Source of the DNA: Scyliorhinus canicula
Lineage: Eukaryota
Length of the DNA: 64,000 nucleotides
Assembly: GCF_902713615.1 (NCBI RefSeq)
Contig: NC_052164.1
Coordinates: forward strand, 40,225,091 to 40,289,090
Direction of reading: 5' to 3'
The notes under the pieces were generated by a model. It saw nothing but the letters and a program-made list of their open reading frames with translations, was not told the origin of the DNA and made no database searches. This document shows, one piece after another, positions 11,450 to 22,195 of the stretch; within the stretch, counting starts at the first letter, position 1, and every line of letters begins with the position of its first letter. Position numbers and translations under genes: made by a program.

Positions 11450-12381
11450 ATTAGATTCATTCAGATATCACCAAGTTCACAACTTTGCAAAATGGATTTT
11501 TCCGATATTCCCCGAGGTGCCACCAAAATCTCGAATGGAGAGAGTTCTCTCACTCACAGGGTCCGAGGAAGGAGATATTGATGGATAGGTCTTGTCAGGA
11601 GATTTGGTGTCAGTGGAGGGGGTTAAGTCGATGTGCGAGGAGGAGTTGGGGCCCAAATTGAATGACGAGGTGTGAGGCACTTCGCAGGGTGAACTCCACA
11701 TCCACCTGGGCCAGGTTTGGTTTCATCCAGCCTCGGGTAGTTTTGAGGGCGCATTTGACCAATTTCAGAATGAGTCACTTATTTTTAGGGGGGGGGGGGG
11801 GGGGCTACAGGTTTACAGTGCTGTTTACATGGTCCGGGTAACGACGTGCATATGTTCTGGTTTTGTCCCGAGGTCATGGGTTTTGGGGCCTCCTTCTTTA
11901 GCACCATGTTGGCGATCCTGAAGATTGAGCTGGAGCCCTAACCTTTAGCGGCCATACTTTGGGTGTCAGACTTATCAGAGCTGCAAACGGGCGCAGGGGC
12001 CAATGGCGTCGCCTTCTCCTTCCTCATTGCTCGGAAGTGAGTTCTGCTGGGATGGAGTTCTCCGCCTCCATCCAATGCCTCGGTTTGGCTTGGGGACCTG
12101 ATTGTGTTCCTATTCCTTGAAAAAGTCAAAGAAAAGTTGAGGGGAGCAATCGACGGGATTCTATGGGAGATGAAGGCTTTTACTGTCTTTTTCAACGAAA
12201 TTGTCACCTTTTGTTACTCGGGGTGGGGGGGGGGGGTGTTGACGGGAGGGGAGTGGCAGGTTTCATGAGAGGTTGTTTTATGTTTCTGTTTTTCATATCT
12301 GTAGATGTGTTGATTTTTCTTGTTATTTTGAATTTCATAAATGAAATATATTAATGAAAATATTTATTAAAAAAACAAAAA
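11450..12381 (+). mobile_element. Decayed L1-like 3' fragment in B intron 2
   Basis: Degenerate HMFWFCP knuckle about 11848, G-run, and an A-rich tail ending about 40 nt before the exon 3 acceptor. Confidence 0.65.
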
Positions 12382-12869
12382 TGCATCATCTTTAATCTGA
12401 TTGTGTATATATTCCCTAGACACAGGACAGGATCCAGATTGTCCATCAGACCCTGCGTCACATCAGCAAGATCTACAGCATGAACCTGGGCTCAGTCACC
12501 AAGGACCGGAACAAGGTGGAAAACCTCCGCCTTCTCCTAGACCGACAGCTCAATGAGCTGGAAGAATGTGTCAGGAAACAGGGCTCAGAGGCCAGACTGA
12601 GGAAAAACTCCACAATTCAAAAATACTTCAGGAAACTGAGGAAGTTTCTCAAACAGAAGGTGGGACAATTGATAATTGACTGTGTGATTGTTGGATTGTA
12701 GTTTATTTGACCGTATTTAGATCTGTTCATTTCCAATTGGGTTTCCTTAAAATATATTCTGTTTTTCCAGACATTCAGCAACTGTGCTTGGGAAATAATC
12801 CGCGCTGAGACCAGGGCCCGTTTACAACAGCTCCTTTACTTAATGGCACAAATCCGCAGAAGAAATTGA

Positions 12870-14375
12870 AAAAAAATCCAATCGCATGTTCAGCAGAGAC
12901 TGGAATAATTTATTTAAATTGGCTGTTATTTATATAATAACAGAATTCTGTGGTGACTGACAAAGAGCAAAGAATATCTTGATGTAATTTTCTATTTGAT
13001 TTTTTATTCTAATTTATTAATATTTTTCGCTGCAATATTTTTATGTTGTGAAATCTTCATCATATGTGTGCTAAGCTAAATGGATGACATTTCATACAGA
13101 CTGAAACAAGAAATAGTTCTTTCAAAGGCTTCACGTTTTTGAGAAGTATTATATTTTATGTCGACAGTACGTCTGGATTACAATTCTGACAGCTTGGCTC
13201 GATGATAACACTGATTGGTGGGTCAAACCCCACTTAATTCTCACTGAGCTCCTTATTGTAGCTGCAGAACCTCCAATCACAATTCTGCACTGGGAATGGT
13301 CCAGCCAATCCTCAGCTCTGCTTTCCCGGTTTCCTCAGTCTCAAGGGTCGGTTGCAGACAAACGACCCCTGACCTCATTCCTGTTACAGACTCATCTTTA
13401 CTTTCTGTTCACCACAAGGTCAACATTTCAATTAATTCCTCCTCATTTTAATTTATTGATATTTATCATTGTGTTGGCTTTGTGTCATGGATTGCTTAAG
13501 TTTTGTACAATTTATGAAAAATAAATGTTAATTTATTGATTTTTATTAAATTTTGGGAAATAAATAATATTTTTTTATAAACCTGGCAACTTTTTATACT
13601 GAATGAAAGCATATTTGTTCAAATCAATTGTTTTTGATATCACGCATTTGCTGGAGTAATATTTATTTTTCATGGGTCTTCTCAGGGTTTCCTCAGTCTC
13701 AAGGGTGGGTTGCAGACAAACGACCCCTGACCCCATTCCTGTTTCAGATTCACCTTTACTTTCTGTTCACCACAAGGTCAACATTTCAATTAATTCCTCC
13801 TTTTCATAGAATTTACAGGGCAGAAGGAGGCCATTCAGCCCATTGAGTCTGCACCGGCTCTTGGAAAGAGCACCCTACCCAAGGTCAACAACGCCACCCT
13901 ATCCCCATAATCCAGTAACCCCACCCAACACTAAGGGCAATTTTTGGACACGAAGGACAATTTATCATGGCCAATCCACCTAACCTGTACATCTTTGGAC
14001 AGTGGGAGGAACCCGGAGCACCCGGAGGAAACCCACGCACACACGGGAGGATGTGCAGACTCCGCACAGACAGTGACCCAAGCCGGAATCGAACCTGGGA
14101 CACTGGAGCGGTGAAGCGATTGTGCTATCCACAATCCTCATTTTAATTTATTGATATTTATCATTGTGTTGGCTTTGTGTCATGGATTGCTAAAGTTTTG
14201 TACAATTTATGAGAAATAAATGTTAATTTATTGATTTTTATTAAATTTTGGGAAATAAATAATATTTTTTTATAAACCTGGCAACGTTTTATACTGAATG
14301 AAAGCATATTTGTTCAAATAAATTGTTTTTGATATCACGCACTTACTGGAGTAATATTTATTTTTCATGGGTCTT
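12870..14375 (+). promoter_or_regulatory. B-type 3' UTR region with AREs and a tandemly duplicated terminal block
   Basis: Many ATTTA. Block 13330-13680 is repeated at 13688-14373 with a SINE inside the second copy. AATAAA occurs in both copies. Confidence 0.65.
13806..14133 (-). mobile_element. HE1-like SINE
   Basis: Full tRNA head (GGTTCGATTCC on minus), core, and CTGTAAATTCTATG tail. Copies about 37090-37416 and 60563-60893. Confidence 0.8.
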
Positions 14376-14739
14376 CTTCACTATATATGTGTTATAATTG
14401 AACAAGTTAGCATTAGGATGGAAAAGGTATTAATGATTTTAGTGCACTGAAGAGTGGTGATTATCTGCTTTCACAGCTATCAAAGGAAGGAGAGGGTCTT
14501 GGAGTAGGTGAATATTGACTAGGATGGGCACACGGTGTGGATATATTGTTTACCTGGTGTGATTGTGGGTCACAATGGACTCGAAAGATTATTTTTTCAA
14601 CATGCTGGAGCTGGCAGAGGCCTTCACCAGAGAGAAGAAGCTGGGACTGGTCTGAGGAGCATGATTTGGGATTCTGCGATTGAAGGTGGATGATTTTACA
14701 GTGTATTTATGCCTTATTTTAGTATATTTCTTTCTCTTG

Positions 14740-15735
14740 GGGTTTGGGCTGTAAGAACGTGGGATTGACACATTTCTTGGCTCAGAGACAAGCTTGCTAA
14801 TAATGTTGGGTTTTGGGTTTTGGGAGTGCGTCAGAAGGGAGTGCGTGGTTGTTGCTTTTAGGGAAGTAATGCAGGGTGACGCTGGGAGGGGGTCACCTTG
14901 CTAGCGGAAGGAGACGGTGTGGCTAGTGAATGAGAGAGGAGTGGAGGAAGAGGCTGTTGGGCTAGATCATGTGAGGCACAATCAGTCGAGCTGTTTTACT
15001 GTTTGTCTGGTAGGGGCATGGGGCCTGGTATGGTGTTCCTACAAGAAACTCACCTGTGGGTGCCGGACCATCCAGGTTGGGGAAGCCCTGGGTGAGCCAG
15101 GTTTTCCACTCAGGGTTTGACGGATGGGTCGGGGGGAGAGTGGATTTCGGTCAGCAAAATGATTCGCTTTCAGTCGGGAACTCTGGCTGATCAGGGGATG
15201 GTTCTGTGATGGTTACAGGTATGCTGGGGGGGGGGGGGTCGCCATGGGCTGGTTTAGATCACTCGGCTAAATCGCTGGCTTTTAAAGCAGACCAAGCAGG
15301 CCAGCAGCACTGTTCGATTCCCATACCAGCCTCCCCGGACAGGCACTGGAATGTGGTGACTAGGGGCTTTTCACAGTAACGTCATTGAAGCCTACTCGTG
15401 GCAATAAGTGATTTTCATTTCATTTCATGGTGTGAGTGAATGTGTATGCCCCAAATTGGAGCAATGTCAAGTCTATGGGGTGCTTGCTGGCTGCAATACC
15501 GGGTGTTGGCTGCATTCATGGAGGAGACAACAGACAAACCCTTAGCATGGTTTAGTGACTTGATTGAGCTTTAGTATCTCAAGAAGTTCAAGCTTACAGT
15601 GAGGGGGTTGTTAGATGGGTTCCACCGTAGATGACGACTCTTCATATTGTTCTTTAAGGAATGGGTCACTGCTGGCTGTTATTGAGTTTAGGGGTGTGTG
15701 TTATTTGGGTTGTATTTCTGTTACTGGGGTTATTG
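14740..15735 (+). mobile_element. Internally deleted L1-like element (endonuclease remnants plus 3' end)
   Basis: FLQETH (TTCCTACAAGAAACTCAC, about 15036) and VNVYAPNW (about 15436). GDFN is retained in unit 3 (about 62365). Confidence 0.65.
15246..15427 (+). mobile_element. Same SINE family as 8851-9027, inserted in an L1 fragment and shared by all units (about 38600 and 62078)
   Basis: GGGCTGGTTTAGATCACTCGG...TTTTCATTTCATTTCA. Confidence 0.8.
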
Positions 15736-15736
15736 T

Positions 15737-15930
15737 TATGTGAAGGATGTGATTGCAGTAGAAAGAGTGCAGAGGAGATTCACCAGCATGTTGCCTGGAC
15801 AGGAGTTATGAAGCGAAGCTGGCCAGACTGGGGTTAGTTTCCTTCGAGCAGAGGAGGCAGAGTGGAACCTGATTGAGCTGTGTAAAATTATGTGGGACAC
15901 AGACAGGACAAATAGGAAGAAACGTTCCAA
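15737..15930 (+). mobile_element. CR1/HER1-like LINE fragment
   Basis: Encodes ERVQRRFTSMLPG, a typical CR1 ORF2 C-terminal motif. Confidence 0.6.
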
Positions 15931-16744
15931 AATATTATTGAAAGTATTGGTTTATTTCTTCTCTCTCTTCCGCCTCTGCTCGCTGAACTTGGATTCAAAC
16001 CATCTGGGCCCACTGCATTTTCTACTTCTAGACACATGCAAAATGTAATCCTTCACTTCCTCTATTCCATTGTTTCTCACTTCAGCCTTTCATTTGGTCG
16101 TTCTATTCTACAACTCGATGGCTCACCTTTCACTTTGCTCTGCAAAGCACTGAGCTATGAGTCTGATTGTTGCCGTTTGATCACACTCGAGTATAATTTG
16201 TCTTCATTCATCTACAAATGGTGCTAGTATTTTAGAGGATTATGTTTTACTTATTATTATCAAATATCCCCTGTCTTTGTCCTCATCCAATTAATAAATT
16301 ACCTTTGTTTTACATACAAGATGGAGAGACTTCAAAACTTTTTCTAAAGAATTTTTCTCCATATTCAAAATGTTTTTTTGGAATTATAGAGTAAGTAGTC
16401 CTGTCTTGGATTCAGAGGTTGGAGGGTTCAAATGCACTTGAGAGTCATGGTTCAGACATGACCCCTGGCTCTGAATTATGGGTTGTCATCCAACCACACA
16501 TTTGTGCCCAATGATCAAGATTCTCAGCTCCCCATTGTATTATCTGGACGATTGCATAAAATCTCACTGATTTACAGGATCCTTTCAAATCAGCCTCTCA
16601 ACTCAGATAAAGATGGTCATGGCCAAGAAAATAATGTACAAGTATGAATGGTTAATTTGCTTGTGACTCCTTCCTTTACTCCGCAGGGGGAGAATATGAG
16701 GTTTTGTGTCAACTAGATTAATGTCAGGTTGTCCTTCTGTTTTT

Positions 16745-17256
16745 TAAAATAAATTTAGAGCACACAATTCATTTTTCCAATTGAGGGGCAATTTTGCGTG
16801 GCCAATCCACCTACCCTGCACATCTTTTGGGTTGTGGGTGCAACCCACGCAAACACGGGGAGAACGAGCAAACACCACATGGACAGTGACCCAGAGCTGG
16901 GACCACGGTGGCGTGCGCCCGCAGTACTAACCACTGCGCCACCATGCTATGCTATCCATCTGTTTTTTTAATTAACAATCTTTATTGTCACAAGTAGGCT
17001 TACATTAATATTGCAATCAAGTCGCTGTGCAGATCCCCTCGTCTCCACTTACCGGCGCCTTTTCAGGTACACGGAGGGAAAATTCAGAACGTCCAAATTA
17101 CCTAACAGCACGTCTTTCGGAACTTGTGGAAGGAAGCCGGAGCACGCAGAGGGAACCCACGCAGACACTGGGAGAACAGACTGTGCACAGACAGTGATCC
17201 AAGCTGGGAATCGAACGTGGGACCTGTCGCTGTGAAAGGAGAGTGCTAACCACTGT
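16745..17256 (-). mobile_element. Two adjacent minus-strand SINEs (about 16745-16946 and 16978-17256)
   Basis: Each ends on + with TAACCACTG (reverse of the A-box region) and has the shared SINE core. Confidence 0.7.
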
Positions 17257-17554
17257 TGGTTTTATATTGTTGTCTGTACATTTACATACTTCAAACAGAA
17301 TACTAATGAAACGTTTAACCCAGGTGCCCTTATATTTGAGATGAACAAAGGACAAACACAAGTGCACACTTAAATCCAAGTTTATTTTCAATCATAATAA
17401 AACAGTTATCCCTTAAATTACCCCAGCTATAGTATGGCTTAATACAACATGAGCCGGGGGCAGCAGAGTCTTGCAGTGTTTGGCAATGCTGCCTCAGGGC
17501 CCCGGGTCACTGCCCTTGTGGAGTTTACACATTCTCCCCATGTCTGTGTGGGTT

Positions 17555-18660
17555 AGAAATGGATAGAACCCAGAGATCCTTGTGAAGCTAGATTTGGCGC
17601 TCTTGGTGGACAAGGCATTTTGCAAGAAGGTGCGCATGGTGAGAGAGAACTGTGTGGAGTCCAAACAAAAGGGGAGGTCTCGCTCTGCATGTTTCGGGAG
17701 GCATTGAAGGAAGTGGTCTGGCAGCAGTAATACCCTATATGGTCCACAGGGACAAGGTTAAGAGCGCAGAGAGACAGAGGTTGGTGGGTGACATTGTGGA
17801 TGTGGACTGACTGCATTCAGTGGCTCTGACAAGAGAGTTGTTAGCAGAGAGGAAGAACTACAAGTAGCGTTTGATCTATTAATGTCATTCATCGCTCAAC
17901 AGGGTTATTTTATGAGTATGGGGAGTAGGCCAGCAACCTGCTAACCCATCAGTTGAGGTCATAGGCGGCCATGTGGGACATAATGCAGGTGATGGATGAG
18001 GAAGGAGGTTTAGCGACGACACCGGAGAAAACTAATGAAGCATTCAAGGTCTTTTACCCGGGGCTGTATTTGTCCGGGCCCCGAGGGGAGGACGCAGAGC
18101 TGCTGCACTTTTATATTCCCGGAGGTGGAAAGGGGGAAGGGACAGGGTTTGGAGGCATCACTGGGACTGCCGGAGATAATGGAGTCCGTTGGGTTGATGC
18201 CGTCGGTGAAGGCACCAGGGCTGGATGGCTTTCCGGTTGAGTTTTATAAAACAGTTTTGGCTGCGTTGGCACCCATCTCTAGCGAAAGTATAAAGATTCG
18301 CTGGCACGGGGGCAAGCTGCCCACTAGGCTGGCTCAGGCATCAATCTCACTGATCCCAATGAAGAAAAGGGACAAAGTGGAGTGTGGGTCTTACAGGGCC
18401 ATCTCCCTGCTAAACACTGGTGTGACATTGTCGGCTGTGGTTCTCTTCTCAAGCATTTGCTTGTCACCAGTGGATGGGGCGGGTGGCGGGGGGTTTCTGG
18501 AATGGGAGCAGTGGGAGGGGTGATGCAAGGGGGGTTGATTTGGGGAAATGGCTGTGTTAGTCAAGGGGAAAATGGACAAATGACAACCTGTTTGTAATTT
18601 GGTTGTATCTTCGGCTGACTCTGTGATTTGTTGATGGTAGAAATAAAATATATATATTTT
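17555..18660 (+). mobile_element. Decayed L1-like ORF2 internal fragment
   Basis: KAPGLDGFPVEFYK and SYRAISLLNT motifs in ORF 18035-18523. Copy at about 41025-42130. Confidence 0.75.
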
Positions 18661-18721
18661 AAAATACTCACTAACACTTCTTCAACAGCAGCAGCCAAAC
18701 CCACCACCTCTGTGACTAGTG

Positions 18722-19057
18722 TGGCATGGTGGCACAATGGTTAGCACTGCTGCCTCATAGCTCCAGGGTCCCAGGTTCAATTCCAGCCTCGGATGACTGT
18801 CTATGTGGATTTTCTACTTTCTCCCTGTGTCTGTGTGGGTTTCCTCTGCGTGCTAGGGTTTCCTCCCACAGTCCAAAGATGTGTGGGTTAGGTGGATTGG
18901 ACCTGCTAAATTGCCCCGAGTGTCTAAAAGGTTAGGTGGGGTTCCTGGGTTACGAGGATGGGGTGGAGTCATTGGCTTAATTAGGGTGCTCTTTCCAAGG
19001 GCCGGTACAGACTCAGTGGGCCAAATGGCTTCCTTCTGCACTGTAAATTCTATGATT
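18722..19057 (+). mobile_element. HE1-like SINE, full length
   Basis: GGCATGGTGGCACAATGGTTAGCACTGCTG head, GGTTCAATTCC B box, CTTCTGCACTGTAAATTCTATGA tail. Confidence 0.8.
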
Positions 19058-20031
19058 TTATTGTTCTCGAAGATGAAGGGTAGTAGATATATGTGAACCT
19101 GAACTTGCCCTTCAATCTCACATTCAGACTTGGAAATATATCAACTTCCCCTGACTGTCACTGGATAGAAATTCTGGAAATCCCTTCCCAACACGTCTGT
19201 CAGTTTAGCGAGACCACATGGACTGCAGGGGTTCAAGAAAGTGGCTCAGACCTGCTTCTGAAGGGCAATTCGAGGGGAGAAACATACCTTGGCCTTGCCA
19301 GCAATGTTCACATATCAGCTACAATGTTCTCGAATGGTGGGGTAGAATTGCGAGGCCGTGTGGCTGATCATGCTCCTGATTTATTTGTTGTGGTGTTTGT
19401 CTGTTCATGATCACAATGCTGGTTGTTGGTGAGTGAAGCTCAAATTGGCTAACATGTTACCTACATTACTACAGTGACAATACCTCAAAGGTACTTGATC
19501 AGCTGTCAACTACTTTGTGATATTCTGTGGTCAAGAAGGTCGCTACATGAATGTAAGTCTGTTTTCAAATCAAAGACATATTGAAAACAGGCTCCACACA
19601 CAAAACTGACCTCAGCTCAGGATCAATGGATCATCACTGACATTTTTTACAGGCCTTTCAGGAGGCTTCAAAAACTACATTTGACAATTTGGGTGTGGGG
19701 ACAGTAATACTTTCACAAATTAACTTTTTAATTTGGAAACATAAAGAATATTAAACCCCAGTGTCACCAGAGATTGAGCCAGTATTATTTTCAGTGATGT
19801 TCAATTGGGTTTCTAACAGAGGATAAATCGATACTGTAAACATGCTTAAATATATGCATCAATATTTTGAGATCTTTTCAAAAATTCAATTTTACAATTC
19901 AGTCTGATTGTGCTGGTTCATGGCAGATGTGACGTTTGGTGATTGGCAATGAATTGCAGTGGCAAATCTTTCAGACGGTTGGTGCAGATTCGATGGGCCG
20001 AATGGCTGCCTTCTGCACTCTCAGGATTCTA

Positions 20032-20566
20032 TGATGTGGAGATGCTGGCGTTGGACTGGGTGGGCACAGTAAGAAGTCCAACAAGTTTGTTTCAAATCAC
20101 TAGCTTTCATACCTCTTAATTCACCGGATGAAGGAGCAGTGCTCCGAAAGCTAGTGTTTGAAACAAACATGTTGGACTTTAACCTGGTGTTTTAAGACTT
20201 CTTACTGTGCTCACCGCAGTCCAACGCACGGCATCTCCACATCATGACTAGCTTTTGGTGCATTCCTCCTTCCTCAGGTGAATGGAGAGGTAGGTTCCAG
20301 AAACATTTATACAGAAAAAGTCAAAGATGCAAGATGATACTTTGAATGCGGGTAAATAAGTCTTCACAGAGCCAGAGAGAGGGGTAACCCCAGGTAAAAG
20401 AGGTGTGAATTGTCTCAAGCCAGGACAGTTGGTAGGATTTCGCAAGCCCAGGCCAGATGGTGGTGGTGGGGGGGGGGGGGGGTTGAATGTAATGCGACAT
20501 GAATCCCAGGTCCCGGAACTTGGCTATATGTTTCTGCTCTGCAATTCCGCGTTGTTGCGCGTCCTG
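20032..20566 (-). mobile_element. Truncated Penelope-like element with inverted terminal segment (copy about 43500-44030)
   Basis: Minus strand encodes QDAQQRGIAEQKHIAKFRDLGFMSHYI, resembling a GIY-YIG C-terminus. 20032-20080 is inverted against 20196-20245. Absent at the paralogous site about 4905. Confidence 0.75.
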
Positions 20567-20639
20567 TGAATTAGAGATGAGAAACCTTGGCCTTGCCCGC
20601 GACCCTCACATCCCATCAATGAATTAAAAAAGTCAAATT

Positions 20640-22195
20640 TTGCAGAGAAATGTGTGAATGAGCATGCGATTTTTATTTGGTGAAGGTGGAAAAGCTGATT
20701 TCAATCCGAGTTCCAGCTGAGAGGGATTGGGTGACATTCCCTGTGGAAGCTGGGATATCCCGAATATCCGGAACCCTTTCCCATTTCCCCCTCAGGCCTC
20801 TCAGTGGCGAGCGGCTCGCTTCACAAACTCTCCTCCCTCTCGGAAATGACAAAACGCCTTCTCTTTCCCTGAGGCACTTTCGCTTTTGGAACAAACTGAC
20901 AACAAGGTTCATTTCCAGAGAGAAAGTGAGGCAGCCGCTTTCCCGGGAGACAGAGAGAGAGACAAGAAAGAAACGGGGTGAAAGGAGAGGGAGCGGAATC
21001 ACTTTCACCCTCGGAATCGGAGCAGATGAAATATTCTTTCAGTCAAACTCTTGAAAACGGCTCCAGAAAGCAGCGGGAAATGAGCAAGTTGTGCCAGTGA
21101 AAGAGCAGATTGTGGGACAGCTCAATGGGAGCGGAGTCAGTGTCCATGAAGCGGGGAGCCTGGGCTCTGAGCCGGGCTCTCTGCAATGTTCAAGCTGTGA
21201 AGGGTGGAGAGAACAAGCGCGATGTGAACACACCGGGTCCCGGTGCATTTCAGAGGCAATGGGGCCCCGGGTCAGCTCGAGAAGCCGCCGCACCGGATTC
21301 CCGCTCTCGGTGTCGCTGTAATCCGGATGATCAAATCCAGCCCCCAATACATGTTCCCCCTGCACCCCCCCCCAGCAATACTGAGCCTCCCTCTACACCA
21401 CCAAACTGCCCCCCCCCCAAAAACTGACCCTCCCTCTGCACCTCCTTACTGCCCCCCAATACTGAGCCACCCTCTACACCACCATACTGCCCCCCGAATA
21501 CTCTGCCCCCCTCTACACCAAATTACTGCCCCCACAATACTGAGTCCTACTCTGCACCACCGTACTGCCCCCCCCCCAATACTGAGCCTCCCTCTACACC
21601 ACCCTACTGCCGCCCCCAAATACAGAGTCCCCCTCTACACCACCTTACTGCCCCACAATACTGAGCCTCCCTCTACACCACCTTACTGCCGCCCCCCAAT
21701 ACTGAGCCTCCCTCTACACCACCTTACTGCCCCCAATATTGACCCTCCCTCTAATCCACCATACTGCCCCCCGGGTGATGAGAAGCTTCACAACACTGAG
21801 CTGGAAGCCAGCGCTGCTTGGGATTTTCTCGCAGGGATTCCCCACTCACTGCTTCCGGAGTCTCCAGCTTTCAGCTTCCTGACCTCAAAGAGAAACCGCA
21901 CAAACTATTGATCTCCTGCAGCTCGAACACAAATCCTCCAGCCCATTTTCACTTTACCAATGTCATGTCCACACCTTAAAGGCGACAGCATGTCAGAGCC
22001 AGTGCCAGCTCCCAACAGAGTCCACACTCACACTCACTCCATTCGCTAACAGAGGCGTTCGCTCCCGGATCAGAATCGGCTCCCATTCGACTTTCCCACT
22101 TTCATTCGCTTCACAAGAACCTTTCTCGCCGCTGAACCACGAAGCCGCCGCTTACTCATCTTTTACATCGGTGTGTGACTCTGGCTCGGTTGCTC
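20640..22195 (+). promoter_or_regulatory. A2 IFN upstream region with NF-kB and IRF/ISRE-like motifs (copy upstream of A3 at about 44100-45658)
   Basis: kB-type GGGATATCCC 20752-20761 and GGGATTCCCC 21834-21843. IRF-type CACTTTCGCTTTT about 20875, GCTTTCAGCTTCC 21867-21879, TTTTCACTTT 21946-21955 and ACTTTCCCACTTTCATT 22090-22106. TATA-like TTAAA 21976-21980. Confidence 0.7.
21377..21772. repeat. Same minisatellite, 10 more degenerate copies
   Basis: Units counted directly. Confidence 0.92.

Larger units (their letters stand above)
9788..12869 (+). pseudogene. Type I interferon B1, frameshifted in exon 1
   Basis: Exons 9788-9930 (143 nt instead of 132), 10106-10195, 12420-12659, 12771-12869. 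An 11-nt tandem duplication (ccggtaccctc ccgggaccctc, about 9837-9858) shifts the frame to TGA at 9920-9922. Exons 2-4 remain open, with W>K at the TWD motif of exon 3. Confidence 0.85.

Noticed and set aside
18722-18800. tRNA genes
   Set aside because: The A/B-box heads continue into SINE cores and tails; no complete cloverleaf was seen.
21243-21911. Proline/histidine-rich ORFs (also 28788-29342, 44707-45732, 52254-52808)
   Set aside because: Translations of the C-rich minisatellite; frames and lengths differ between copies.
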